Below, in pieces: positions 1 to 9,472 of a stretch of 64,000 nucleotides of DNA. Source of the stretch: Alphaproteobacteria bacterium (lineage in GTDB: Bacteria; Pseudomonadota; Alphaproteobacteria; CACIAM-22H2). The notes below the pieces were generated by a model. The model was not told the DNA's origin and did not search any database. It saw only the letters and a program-made list of their open reading frames with translations. The first letter of the stretch is position 1, and every line of letters begins with the position of its first letter. The position numbers and the translations under genes are program-made. The DNA is taken from assembly GCA_041690495.1 (NCBI GenBank), contig JAWLHE010000013.1, positions 12,446 through 76,445 of the forward strand, in the 5' to 3' direction.

Positions 1-1869
1 GATGCGGACGCGCAGGTTGATCTGGTTGGGTGCCGCCACCTTGAGCTGGTTGATGATCGTTCCCTTGTCTCCCACGAAGCGCAAGACGACCGTGCGGATG
101 TTCTCGGCCTCCGCGGCCGACAGGACCGTGCCGGTGAGGATCAGCGAGCCGTCGATCGAAATGACGTCGACTGCGGCGTCAGGGGCAACAGCGCGCAAGG
201 CCTGGCGCAGCCGGCTGACGTTATGGTTCACCACCAGCGTGGTGCTGAGGACGACGCGCTCGTGATCGTCGACCGCGAACAGCGCGGTTTCGCCCGGCCG
301 CTTGCCGAAGATGTAAACAAGGCCGGCGGACTTGATCTGGATGTCCGCGACCTCGGGGTCGGCGACGAACACCGCCGAAGCCGGCCGAGGGAGCCGGACG
401 AGCGTTCCCTTCTGCACCTCGACGCCGATGCGCGAGGCGGCCGCGCTGATTACGCCGCTCGGCGCAACCGCTGCGGCGCCGGTCACCGGCGGCGGCGCAA
501 CTTGTGCCTTGGCGGCGCTGCGCGGCGCCGCCAGAGATGCCGGCTTCGCGGCATCGGTCTTTACCGGCGCGCGCTTCGGCGCGACGAGTGCTGCTGGCTT
601 GGCCGGCTCGGATTTCGGCGCAACGGACTTCTGCGGTGCAGCCGCCTTCGCCGCCGGCGCATGCGCCGCGGTCTTGACGCTCGCCTTGGGCGGCGGGCTC
701 GGCATCGGTTGCGGTGCCGCAACTGCCGCGCGTTGCGCATTCGCGTCGGGTGCCGCCTCCGGCGCCGATTCCGATGCCGGGGCGATCACGGCGGCGGGCT
801 GGATCTCGGGTTCGATCGCGGGCTTTGTCTCCTGGCCCGGGCGCGGGGCGGGCATCGGCAGGGTTGCCGTGAGGAGCTCCCCGCGCGGCGGCATCGGTTC
901 CGCTGCCGTGGGCTTCTCCGCGGCGGGCTTCTCCACGGCTTTCGGCAGAGACGGGGGCGCCAGCTCGATTGGAGGCGCAGCATGCGCCGGCGCGTCCGCG
1001 GCGACTGCGTCGGGCTGCTCGGCGGCAGGTTTCGCGCGCTCGGTCAGGGGCGGCGCGTCGAACGCGACCTTCGGCGGCTCGATGGCAGGGGCCGCTGCGG
1101 GCAGGGTCGACGATTCGCCAGCCGCCGCAACGTCCGGTGCGGCCGGAAGCCTGCCAACGTCCTCGGGTTTGGACGAAACAGCCGGTTCGGCAGCCGCAAC
1201 GACCGCCGGGGTGGCCGGTCCTTCGGCAGAGGCTTCGGTGCTGGGCGAAACCGCAGATTCGGCTGCGGGAACGCTCGGCGCTTCGGCCGTTCGTTCGACC
1301 TTCGGCGCGGCCGGCATTTCCGGTTCGGCCATGGTCACGGTCGGCGGCTCCGCGACCGCGGCGACTGTCGGAGCCGGCGCCGCGGGCGCCGGACGCGGAC
1401 GCGCGAACGTGCCCTGCGGCAGCATCTCCGGATCGAGCGGAATGCTCCGGCGCACCATGCCGATGAAGGCTGGCGCCGGATTGCCGTCGACCTGGACGAT
1501 CAGGCCTTTGGCATTGCCGCTGTCGAGCACCAGACCGCTGCGGTTGGGCACGCGATAGGTCTCGCCCGGCTTCAGGGTACGCATGAAAACCAGCCTGCCT
1601 TCGCCATCGCTGATGCGGACCCAGGCTTCTTCCCTGGCCTCGATCACGACGCGGGCGTCCTTGCGGCTGGCGCCGAACTGGCGCGGAGCGGCCGCATCGC
1701 TGGCGGGCGCAGCGGCAACCGGCGCGTCGGGCCTGGCCTCGGCCGAAGTATCGGCGGGCGCCGCGATCGCCGGCGGCTCGGTCGCCGGGCGCTCCTGCGC
1801 GCCAGCGTTGTTGAGTGCCGCCCAGACGAAACCGAGTGCGGCGAGGATTGTCAGAAGAAGGCGCATCAT
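1..1869 (-). CDS. cpaC: Flp/Tad pilus secretin CpaC/RcpA with long N-terminal extension (3' end truncated by window edge)
   Basis: Absent from the ORF track because it runs off the left edge. The ATG at 1869 overlaps the cpaB stop. Translation begins MMRLLLTILAALGFVWAALNNAGAQ (signal peptide) and later reads GTLVRLPRPASAVFVADPEVADIQ...YIFGKRPGETALFA...PNQINLRVRI, the CpaC N-domain. Confidence 0.9.
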   Translation of the reverse strand, partial: MMRLLLTILAALGFVWAALNNAGAQERPATEPPAIAAPADTSAEARPDAPVAAAPASDAAAPRQFGASRKDARVVIEAREEAWVRISDGEGRLVFMRTLKPGETYRVPNRSGLVLDSGNAKGLIVQVDGNPAPAFIGMVRRSIPLDPEMLPQGTFARPRPAPAAPAPTVAAVAEPPTVTMAEPEMPAAPKVERTAEAPSVPAAESAVSPSTEASAEGPATPAVVAAAEPAVSSKPEDVGRLPAAPDVAAAGESSTLPAAAPAIEPPKVAFDAPPLTERAKPAAEQPDAVAADAPAHAAPPIELAPPSLPKAVEKPAAEKPTAAEPMPPRGELLTATLPMPAPRPGQETKPAIEPEIQPAAVIAPASESAPEAAPDANAQRAAVAAPQPMPSPPPKASVKTAAHAPAAKAAAPQKSVAPKSEPAKPAALVAPKRAPVKTDAAKPASLAAPRSAAKAQVAPPPVTGAAAVAPSGVISAAASRIGVEVQKGTLVRLPRPASAVFVADPEVADIQIKSAGLVYIFGKRPGETALFAVDDHERVVLSTTLVVNHNVSRLRQALRAVAPDAAVDVISIDGSLILTGTVLSAAEAENIRTVVLRFVGDKGTIINQLKVAAPNQINLRVRI

Positions 1870-2780
1870 CGCGACACCCGTACGTCCTCAGAGGCGCCAC
1901 CGCGAATGACGGTGACACGGCGAACCGACATGAGACCGCTGACTTCCGTATCGAGCGTGAATGTCTTGCCCAGCGGCTGTTCCGGCTTGAGCTTGACCGA
2001 TTCCGGCGCCTTCAGATCGACCTGATGGATCCCGTCCGGATCGGCATCTGCATCGGCATCGGCCGGCGGTATCACTTCCTCGCGCACGAGGCTGCGGAGG
2101 CTCAGCGACAGCTTGCCCATCTCGACCAGGACCGCGACCATCTCGCTTTGTTTGGGCGTCACTTCGATCGTCGCGGTGCGCGCGACCGCCGCCTCGCCCG
2201 GCTTCATGTCGAGCTTCTGGTCGAGCGCCAGGACGCGGATGTCGCGGAGCACGGTGACGCCGACGCGACGCTCGACACCCTCGACCGCCCCGGGCACGGA
2301 ATGCGTGAGGATCAGGTCGACATGGTCGCCCGGAAACACGAATCCGGCGATGCCGGACGTGACGGTGACCGGAACCGAGACGGCGCGGTGCCCCGGCTTC
2401 AGCACCGCGGCAAGAAAGCCGCTGTTGCCCGGCGACACGACGCGGCCCTCGGTGATCGGCTCGCCCGCCGCAACCGGCAGGCGGACCACGGAACCGACGA
2501 AATCCTCGAGCCGCTTCTGGCCTTCCACCGCGTAAGCTGGCGACAGGCTGGCCTCGGGCCAGGGTTGCCAGCGCAGATGCTCGGGCCGCAGGAACGTGCC
2601 GACCGGCAGATTGCTCTTGGCCACGAGGACCTGCGTCGCCGAAACCGCCGGCGCCGGCTTGTTCTGCATGGCGCGCAGGGCGGCGGCGCGCTCGGCCTCG
2701 AGCCAGTTGCGCACCATGTAGGCGGTGAAGCCGGCAACGACCAGCGCCACCACGATCAGCAGAAGGCTTTTCAAACGCAT
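1866..2780 (-). CDS. cpaB: Flp pilus assembly protein CpaB/RcpC
   Basis: N-terminal TM helix, SAF domain (VLVAKSNLPVGTFL), GHRAVSVPV...GFVFPGDHVDLIL, GKLSLSLR. Confidence 0.95.
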   Translation of the reverse strand: MRLKSLLLIVVALVVAGFTAYMVRNWLEAERAAALRAMQNKPAPAVSATQVLVAKSNLPVGTFLRPEHLRWQPWPEASLSPAYAVEGQKRLEDFVGSVVRLPVAAGEPITEGRVVSPGNSGFLAAVLKPGHRAVSVPVTVTSGIAGFVFPGDHVDLILTHSVPGAVEGVERRVGVTVLRDIRVLALDQKLDMKPGEAAVARTATIEVTPKQSEMVAVLVEMGKLSLSLRSLVREEVIPPADADADADPDGIHQVDLKAPESVKLKPEQPLGKTFTLDTEVSGLMSVRRVTVIRGGASEDVRVSR

Positions 2781-2792
2781 GGCGCTGTCCTG

Positions 2793-3272
2793 TCAGTAAA
2801 GGTTGACCGCAACGAACAGCCCGCCAGCCGCGATCGCAACCGCGTAAGGCACGGCCGGTCGGCCGTTCGCGGACTTGGCCATCGCGATCGCGGGAAAAAG
2901 GTAACGGAGCATCGGCCCCCACCACAGCGCCAGCAATCCGCCGGCGAGTGCCGTCAGGACGACGAAGGCGGGGAAATACGTGCCGCCGGCCCAGAGCGAA
3001 GTCGCCGCGAGAAGCTTGACGTCGCCGCCGCCCATGATCCCGTAAGAGAACAGCACGGCGCCGAGGAGAAACACGCCGACGGCAATCGCCGCCGCGATAC
3101 CGACCTGCATCGGCGACAGCGTGAGCGCGTAGGCCGGATAAAGAATCAGGAGCGAGAGGGAGATCCGGTTGGGGATGACATAGCGGTGCATGTCGCTCGC
3201 CGCCGCCCAGATGAGCAGGGTGCACAGCGTGACGATCACCGCGATCTGAGCCAGGCCCCCCACGCCGGACAT
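2793..3272 (-). CDS. cpaA: Prepilin peptidase CpaA/TadV (A24)
   Basis: SDMHRYVIPN, MGGGDVKLLAA and VPYAVAIAAG motifs; start taken at MSGVGG. Confidence 0.93.
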   Translation of the reverse strand: MSGVGGLAQIAVIVTLCTLLIWAAASDMHRYVIPNRISLSLLILYPAYALTLSPMQVGIAAAIAVGVFLLGAVLFSYGIMGGGDVKLLAATSLWAGGTYFPAFVVLTALAGGLLALWWGPMLRYLFPAIAMAKSANGRPAVPYAVAIAAGGLFVAVNLY

Positions 3273-3290
3273 TTCATCCTCCAGTCGGGA

Positions 3291-3317
3291 TAAAGGGGGG
3301 GCGGCTTGCGCCGCCCC
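3291..3317 (-). terminator. GC hairpin between flp and cpaA (terminator/attenuator)
   Basis: GGGGCGGC-loop-GCCGCCCC stem, followed on the minus strand by a short TTTA tract, just after the flp stop. Confidence 0.55.
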
Positions 3318-3339
3318 ACCCCGGAACACACGACGACGA

Positions 3340-3525
3340 TTAGTTCGTCGCGTCGGTCTTCGCGTCTTCCAGCTTCGAGCTGACGAAGGTGAAGATCTCA
3401 CTCAACGAAGAACCCATCGCCGTCATCGCACCGATGGCAGCAACGCTAATGAGCGCAGCGATCAGGCCATACTCGATGGCCGTCGCGCCCGACTCATCCT
3501 TCAGCAGTTCCATAAAACGACGCAT
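3340..3525 (-). CDS. flp: Flp family type IVb pilin
   Basis: KDESGATAIEYGLIAALISVAAI Flp motif, 61 aa, AAGGAG RBS. Confidence 0.97.
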   Translation of the reverse strand: MRRFMELLKDESGATAIEYGLIAALISVAAIGAMTAMGSSLSEIFTFVSSKLEDAKTDATN

Positions 3526-3578
3526 CGCAAGGACTCCTTCCGGTTGATTGCGACGGTCGCTACGGTAGCCGCAACGGC

Positions 3579-3593
3579 TTAACGACAGGTAAA
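3579..3593 (-). promoter_or_regulatory. Probable CtrA box upstream of flp
   Basis: TTAA-CGACAGG-TAAA, one mismatch to TTAA-N7-TTAA; Caulobacter pilA is CtrA-controlled. Confidence 0.55.
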
Positions 3594-4104
3594 GCCAGAT
3601 GGGGCAATCTCATTGAATATACTCACTTTTTTGCCGACTGATTGAAGGCACGTTAGCGGTAACCTGAGCGCGTTTTGCGATCGTAACGCCGTCGTCTTCA
3701 CGCGATCCTCGCGCGAAATCGTTACGAAATTGGATGCAATTGAATCGACTGGAATTGCCGGCCTGCCGATCCGCTCGGCAAGCGGCGGTGCTGCCGCTTG
3801 CCGGCCGATTTTCAGGATGCGCATTCGCGGATCGCGAAAGCGCTTCTCGGGACGGGCTCGCGAGTGCGGGGGCCGCAGAGCCGGAAATCCCGCTCCCCTG
3901 AAATGCCGTGAAGGCCGCATCGCGACGAACGGGCCACGGGCGCACCCGGCCTCGTGCGATTCCTTTCTTATTTCTTGCTTCGTCGGCGTCACCGCGGCCG
4001 TGCCGGGCGACGGGATTTTCGCAGCAAATTTCGCGCGAATCTCGTCGCGTTCCCGGCCTAATCCTTTACGCGCCATTCACATCTGCGGCGGCAGAATCGC
4101 GCGC

Positions 4105-6027
4105 ATGTGCGCTCCGAAGGAGATTCGAGGGATATGGCTGTTGCGCCGGACGCGCCGCGCGCTGGCGGCGCTCGGCATCGAGCGCCGCGGCAACGTGGCG
4201 CCGCTGCTCGCGGTCGCCATCATCCCGCTGGTCGCCGCCGTCGGCCTGTCGATCGACGGCGCGCGCGGTTGGCTGGTGAAGTCGCGCCTGTCCCAGGCGA
4301 TCGACGCCGCCGGCCTCGCCGGTGGGCGGGTGATCAGCCAGGCCGCACAGCGCGACGCCGACATCGAGATGTTCTTCAGGGCGAACTTCCCGGCGGGATA
4401 CATGGATGCGGTGGTCGAAGGGCCGGAAATCGCGGTCGATTCGGAAACCAGTCCGACCCAGATCACCATTCAGGCTACGGCAACAGTGCCGACCACGTTC
4501 ATGCGCGTCGTCGGCCAGACGCAGATAAAGGTAAGCGCCAGGACCGTCGTGCAGCGCGAGGACAAGGGCATGGAGCTCGTCCTCGTGATGGACAATACCG
4601 GGTCCATGCAGCAGAAAGCCGGCGGCGCCGATACGAAGATCGAGGCCGTTCGAGACGCCGCGTCAGCTCTCATCAATTCGCTCTACGGCAATCGCGACGT
4701 CGTTCCGACCTTGTGGGTCGGCGTCGTACCATATGTCGCGACGGTCAACATTGGGACTGCGAATAACAGCTGGACCGTCCAGCAAACCACGCCGTCCTAT
4801 CCCATCGAGAGAATCGACCGCACTCAACACGGTTCGGGTTCGAGTCTGAGGGCGACCGTCTGCGTGACCACGGCCGTCGAGCACACCTTCCATGACGGAC
4901 AGATTATCGATATCGCGGGCGCGTCGGAGTCGAAGTTCAACGGTCGTTTCCTGATCCGGACGGTCAGCACCGGCAATAGCGGCGTCAACAGCGGGTGCAC
5001 GTTCGATCCCGATCTGAAGCGGCACTTCTGGTACGTGATCACCGGCTCAAGCGCGTCATCGGCGACAGGCGGATCGATGACCGCCTCGGTGCCGCCGGTC
5101 GACTACTCGAAAGCGGGCGGAGTCGGCTGGACCGGCTGCGTCGAAGCGCGGCCCGCCCCCTATGAGGAGCAGCAGGCGGAGGCCCTGCCCGATACACAGG
5201 AAACAAAATGGGTTCAGTTCTTCTGGCCGTCGACCCGCGGCGTCAGATTCTATGGCGCCAACAAGACCCAGCTCAGCACCAGCCCCAGCAGCAGGTTCGG
5301 CGACAACGACTGGGGCTCGCAGGGTTACAATGGCGCGTCCGGAATGAGCCCCGCCGTTATGGAAAACGACACGAACTACCTGGGGTATGGCCCGAATTTC
5401 GGCTGCGGCACGCCCATCACGCCGCTGCAGCAGAGCAAGACGACAGTCTTGCAGGAAATCGGGAAGATGGAACCGTGGGGCCGCAGCGGCACGATGGCGA
5501 ACCTGGGTCTCGCCTGGGGCTGGCGCGTTCTGAGCCCGGCATGGAAGAACAGGTGGCCCGACGTGCCCCCCGAGCATCCGGTCGGCTATGACGAAACCCT
5601 CTGGAGCAAGGTCGTCATCCTACTCACCGACGGCAATAACGAATGGTACGACTGGTCCGGCCTGCCACCCGGCTGCGCCGGGTACAGCTCGTCGAACTGC
5701 CACAACAGCACGTACACTACCGGCCTTCCGGAGGACGGTGACTATACGGCCTATGGCCGCCTTTCCGAACGCCGGCTCGGACCCAGCGCCGTGAACATCC
5801 CGACAGCGACAACGGCGATCGACGATCGCATGAGACTGCTTTGCGGCGCCATGAAATCGAACGGCATCATCATCTACACGATCGTGCTCCAGGGCGGCGA
5901 TCAGGACCTGTATCGGGAGTGCGCGACATCCACCCATCACGCCTTCTATGCAGCGGGAACCGATGAACTCACGTCGGTCTTCAAGCAGATCGGCGACCAG
6001 CTGGCCAATCTGCGCCTCGCCCAGTAA
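4105..6027 (+). CDS. tadG: TadG-like pilus-associated vWA protein
   Basis: ERRGNVAPLLAVAIIPLV...LSQAIDAAGLAG pilin-like N-terminus; vWA motifs LVMDNTGSM and ILLTDG. Start is 4105 or TTG 4141; the track start at 3730 looks overextended. Confidence 0.9.
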   Translation: MCAPKEIRGIWLLRRTRRALAALGIERRGNVAPLLAVAIIPLVAAVGLSIDGARGWLVKSRLSQAIDAAGLAGGRVISQAAQRDADIEMFFRANFPAGYMDAVVEGPEIAVDSETSPTQITIQATATVPTTFMRVVGQTQIKVSARTVVQREDKGMELVLVMDNTGSMQQKAGGADTKIEAVRDAASALINSLYGNRDVVPTLWVGVVPYVATVNIGTANNSWTVQQTTPSYPIERIDRTQHGSGSSLRATVCVTTAVEHTFHDGQIIDIAGASESKFNGRFLIRTVSTGNSGVNSGCTFDPDLKRHFWYVITGSSASSATGGSMTASVPPVDYSKAGGVGWTGCVEARPAPYEEQQAEALPDTQETKWVQFFWPSTRGVRFYGANKTQLSTSPSSRFGDNDWGSQGYNGASGMSPAVMENDTNYLGYGPNFGCGTPITPLQQSKTTVLQEIGKMEPWGRSGTMANLGLAWGWRVLSPAWKNRWPDVPPEHPVGYDETLWSKVVILLTDGNNEWYDWSGLPPGCAGYSSSNCHNSTYTTGLPEDGDYTAYGRLSERRLGPSAVNIPTATTAIDDRMRLLCGAMKSNGIIIYTIVLQGGDQDLYRECATSTHHAFYAAGTDELTSVFKQIGDQLANLRLAQ

Positions 6028-6070
6028 GCGCCGCGCCTGAGGCGTCGCTACGGCCAAGCCTGGCGCGGTC

Positions 6071-6096
6071 GGAACGCCTCGCCGCTCCCGGGCGTT
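6071..6096 (+). promoter_or_regulatory. EcfG/sigmaT-type promoter
   Basis: GGAAC-N17-CGTT ending 31 bp before the ATG at 6128. Confidence 0.65.
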
Positions 6097-6127
6097 TTCC
6101 GGCGGCAAGGCAGCTATAGGGTGCGCA

Positions 6128-6700
6128 ATGCAGACGCCGTTGGAAATTACTTTCCACAACATGCAGCCGTCCGAGACCGTCGAGGCGGAGATCCGCAAGC
6201 GGGCGGCGAAGCTCGAGAAAATGTATGAGCGGCTGGTCGGGTGTCGCGTGTCGGTCGAAGGGCTGCACAAGCAGCACCGGACCGGCAACGTCTACGAAGT
6301 TCATATCGAGATGATGGTGCCGGGCCAGAACCTGGTGGTCAGCCGGGAGCCGCACAAGGCCAAAGAGCGCTACGCAAACCCCGACGTGTACACCTCGATC
6401 CGCGACGCATTCAAATCGGCCGAGCGGCAGCTCAACGACTTCAAGCAGCGCCAGCGCGGGGACGTCAAGCCGCACGATGCGATGTTCCAGGGACAGGTGT
6501 CGCAGCTCTATCCCGACGAGGATCACGGATTCATCCTCACGCATACCGGCACGCAGCTCTATTTCCACCGCAACAGCGTCATGAACAATGGCTTCGACCT
6601 TCTCAAGAAGGGCGATGCCGTGCATTTCGTCGAAACCGTCGGCGATACCGGCCCGATCGCCAGCAAGGTCTGGCGCGGCCCAGAGCACCACATGGATTGA
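6128..6700 (+). CDS. HPF/RaiA ribosome-associated protein with C-terminal cold-shock domain
   Basis: MQTPLEITFHNM...DVYTSIRDAFKSAERQL, followed by DHGFIL...LYFHRNSV. Confidence 0.9.
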   Translation: MQTPLEITFHNMQPSETVEAEIRKRAAKLEKMYERLVGCRVSVEGLHKQHRTGNVYEVHIEMMVPGQNLVVSREPHKAKERYANPDVYTSIRDAFKSAERQLNDFKQRQRGDVKPHDAMFQGQVSQLYPDEDHGFILTHTGTQLYFHRNSVMNNGFDLLKKGDAVHFVETVGDTGPIASKVWRGPEHHMD

Positions 6701-6728
6701 CGCGAAGGCGCGCGTGCCGCACAGTCCG

Positions 6729-7256
6729 ATGATGCCGCGTGACCGGTTCATCGGACTCGTGTCGGCGCTTGCAGCCCTGTTCGGCTGCGACGAAGGACCG
6801 GCCAGCAATCTGACCTTCAAGTCCACTCCGGACGTGTGGAGCTTCGTCACCGCCATCGGGTCCGGCGGACCCCTTCTCGTCCAGGTGCACGGCAACCCCT
6901 TCCGCGAGCCCGGCGAGATGGTGTCGCGCGCGGTGGTCCGCGCCATCGGCGGCACTTTCACCGAGCCGTGGCTGCACTTCACCGATCAGGCGGGAGAAGC
7001 GGCGTCGAAGGATGCGCGGCTGATCTGGCTCATCGATCCGCAGTCGGGGTTCAACGCCGACCTGGTCTGTGCCGGCGAACTGCCGGCGCTCGATGCGGGG
7101 CGCCGCGTGATGGAGCTGCGCGCCGTGTTCTGCCATCGCGGCCGTCCGCTCTCCGCCGTCCACGGCTGGATCCGGCGGCCGGACAGCGCCGGCGATCCGC
7201 GCTGGCGCAACCTGATTTCCCAGATGGCGCGTCAGCTCCTCAGCGGACGCGGCTAG
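6729..7256 (+). CDS. Hypothetical lipoprotein
   Basis: Signal peptide with lipobox-like LAALFGC. Confidence 0.6.
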   Translation: MMPRDRFIGLVSALAALFGCDEGPASNLTFKSTPDVWSFVTAIGSGGPLLVQVHGNPFREPGEMVSRAVVRAIGGTFTEPWLHFTDQAGEAASKDARLIWLIDPQSGFNADLVCAGELPALDAGRRVMELRAVFCHRGRPLSAVHGWIRRPDSAGDPRWRNLISQMARQLLSGRG

Positions 7257-7257
7257 C

Positions 7258-8271
7258 TCACGCGGCCGTGCGGGGGACGCGCCCTTCTATGGGATACTGC
7301 GGGTCGTTGTAGCCCGGCGTCGAGGGATGCCCGCTGACGACGAGGGAGTCGACCAGCGCCTCGTCCTCGGCGGTGAAGCGATAGGCCAGCGCGCCGGCAT
7401 ACTCGTCCCACTGCGCCTCGGTGCGCGGGCCGGCGACGATCCCCGTGGCCAGGCGGTTGTTGAGCACCCAGTTGACGGCGAACTGCCCGGCCGTGATGCC
7501 GCGCGCCTCTGCATGCTGCTTGATCGTCCGGGCGATGACGAGCGATTCCCGCCGCCATTCCGTCTGGTGCATGCGCTTGTCGTTACGGCCGGCACGCGTA
7601 TCCGCGGGCGGCGGCGCGTCCGGATCGTACTTGCCGGTCAGCACGCCGCGCGCAAGCGGGCTGTACGCCACGACACCCAGCCCGTAATAGCCGCAGGCCG
7701 GCAGGTGCTCGATCTCGGGCATGCGGTTCATCGCATTGTAATAGGGTTGGCTGACGATCGGCCGGCCGATCCCGAGGCGGTCGCAAAGGCTGCAGATCTC
7801 GGCGACCCGCCAGCTCCGGTAGTTCGAGACGCCGAAATACCGAGCCTTGCCCTGGCGCACGATATCGCCGATCGTCTGCACGGTCTCGGCGAGCGGCGTT
7901 TTGTGGTCTTCCTTGTGCAGATAATAGATGTCGACATAGTCGGTACCGAGCCGGGCGAGGCTCTCGTCGATCGCCGTCATCATCCATTTGCGCGACAGGC
8001 CGGCCCGGTTCGGGTCCTTGCCCATCGGGTTCGCGACCTTGGTTGCCAGGACCCACTTGTCGCGCCCGTTCTTGATGGCGCGCCCGACAATCTCCTCGGA
8101 GCGGCCCTCATGGTAGACATCGGCCGTGTCGATGAAGTTGATGCCGCCGTCCAGCGCCTTGTCGATAATGCGCCGCGCGGTCTGCTCGTCGGTCTGGCCG
8201 CCGAACATCATCGTGCCGAGGCACAAGGGAGACACCTTCACGCCCGAGGCGCCGAGGGAGCGATATTGCAT
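7258..8271 (-). CDS. Aldo/keto reductase
   Basis: MQYRSLGASGVKVSPLCLGTMMFG, GINFIDTADVY, RLGTDYVDIYYLH, AYSPLARGVLTGKY. Confidence 0.95.
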   Translation of the reverse strand: MQYRSLGASGVKVSPLCLGTMMFGGQTDEQTARRIIDKALDGGINFIDTADVYHEGRSEEIVGRAIKNGRDKWVLATKVANPMGKDPNRAGLSRKWMMTAIDESLARLGTDYVDIYYLHKEDHKTPLAETVQTIGDIVRQGKARYFGVSNYRSWRVAEICSLCDRLGIGRPIVSQPYYNAMNRMPEIEHLPACGYYGLGVVAYSPLARGVLTGKYDPDAPPPADTRAGRNDKRMHQTEWRRESLVIARTIKQHAEARGITAGQFAVNWVLNNRLATGIVAGPRTEAQWDEYAGALAYRFTAEDEALVDSLVVSGHPSTPGYNDPQYPIEGRVPRTAA

Positions 8272-8382
8272 GGACGTCTGCCGCTGGGTTTCGGGGACCG
8301 CAGCCGCCGGATCGATTGCAACGCGACCGGACGGCGCCGGATTCCTTACCGTCCCCACCCGCGCCGCACAAGGACGATTTGA

Positions 8383-9312
8383 TCAGAGCTTCGCGCCCTC
8401 GATATACGCCCGCTCCAATGCATCGGGCGCCAGGACCGCCTCGCGCAGGTCGGCATTTTCCAGGTTCGTGCCGACAAGACTGGCTCCACGCAGATCGCTC
8501 GCGACGAGCCGCGCATCGGTGAGAATGGCGTGGTCGAGACGGGATTCGCGTAGATCGCTTCCCGACAGATCCTTGCCCTGCAGATCGGCCCGGGTGAGAT
8601 CGGTCGCCCGCATGACGAGCCGCGCCCCCTTCGCGCCGTTGCTCCTGAGCCAGACGACATGGTCCTGAACGGCCGCGCGAAGCTGGTGAAACTCGATCGG
8701 CCGCAGCAGCGTCGCAACCGTGAGCGCCCATTCGGGCAGCGCGTTCCGCGCATCCTCGGTGCGGGAAAAATCGGTGCCCTGCAGCTTCGCGTTCGCGAAC
8801 TGGGAGCCGCTGATGCTGCAGGAGTCGAACACCGCGCCGCGCAGATCGGCGCCGGTGAAATCTACATCCGTCGCGCGTACGTTGGTCAGCGCGGCGCTGT
8901 TCAGGCTGGCATTCGCGAAGTTCGAACGCTCGATCGTGGCGCCCTCGAAGGAGAGCTTCGCTGCCGCCAGGTCGGGCCGCCGCTCCGAATACGACAAGAC
9001 GCGCGTCGTCCGGAACACCGCGCCGCTCGCGTCGGCGGATATGAACTTCGCGCCCTTGAAGCTGCAATTGTCGAAGACCGTGCGGACCAGGTCCGCGCCC
9101 TCGAGGTTGACGCCGTCGAAGCTGCAATCGATGAATGTCGAGCGCGTGAATACGGCGCGCCGCAGCACGGCTCCATCGAAGCGCACGTCCTTGACCGTCG
9201 CGCCGACGACCTTGAGACCATCGAGCGTCTTTCCGGAGAGGTCCTGTCCGTTGAGTTTGGTGGCATCGAGGCCGGAGTTGGCGTTTCTCCAGCGGTCCGG
9301 GCGTTCAGACAT
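8383..9312 (-). CDS. Pentapeptide repeat protein
   Basis: Repeated A(D/N)LxX pentapeptides, plus HVVWLRSNGAKGARL segment. Confidence 0.9.
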   Translation of the reverse strand: MSERPDRWRNANSGLDATKLNGQDLSGKTLDGLKVVGATVKDVRFDGAVLRRAVFTRSTFIDCSFDGVNLEGADLVRTVFDNCSFKGAKFISADASGAVFRTTRVLSYSERRPDLAAAKLSFEGATIERSNFANASLNSAALTNVRATDVDFTGADLRGAVFDSCSISGSQFANAKLQGTDFSRTEDARNALPEWALTVATLLRPIEFHQLRAAVQDHVVWLRSNGAKGARLVMRATDLTRADLQGKDLSGSDLRESRLDHAILTDARLVASDLRGASLVGTNLENADLREAVLAPDALERAYIEGAKL

Positions 9313-9472
9313 GGGGTGTCGTCACGAAAGTGTTCGTTGCCACCAGCGGTAGCGCACTACGCGTCAATAAAACGTGAATGCGGGGATTTCTCGAAAATGC
9401 GGGAGACTCGCTCCGGCAATCCGACCCGTCCGGCATGCGGGCGTGGACGCACCGCCGCAAAGGCGCCGGGGT

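Noticed and set aside
221-2025. Long track ORFs 221..1918(-), 223..2025(+) and 332..1558(+)
   Set aside because: Shadow frames of the GC-rich cpaC gene. The real frame (minus strand from 1869) has recognisable domains.
2030-2066. GCATC-type short repeats in cpaB
   Set aside because: They simply encode an ADADADAD low-complexity linker.
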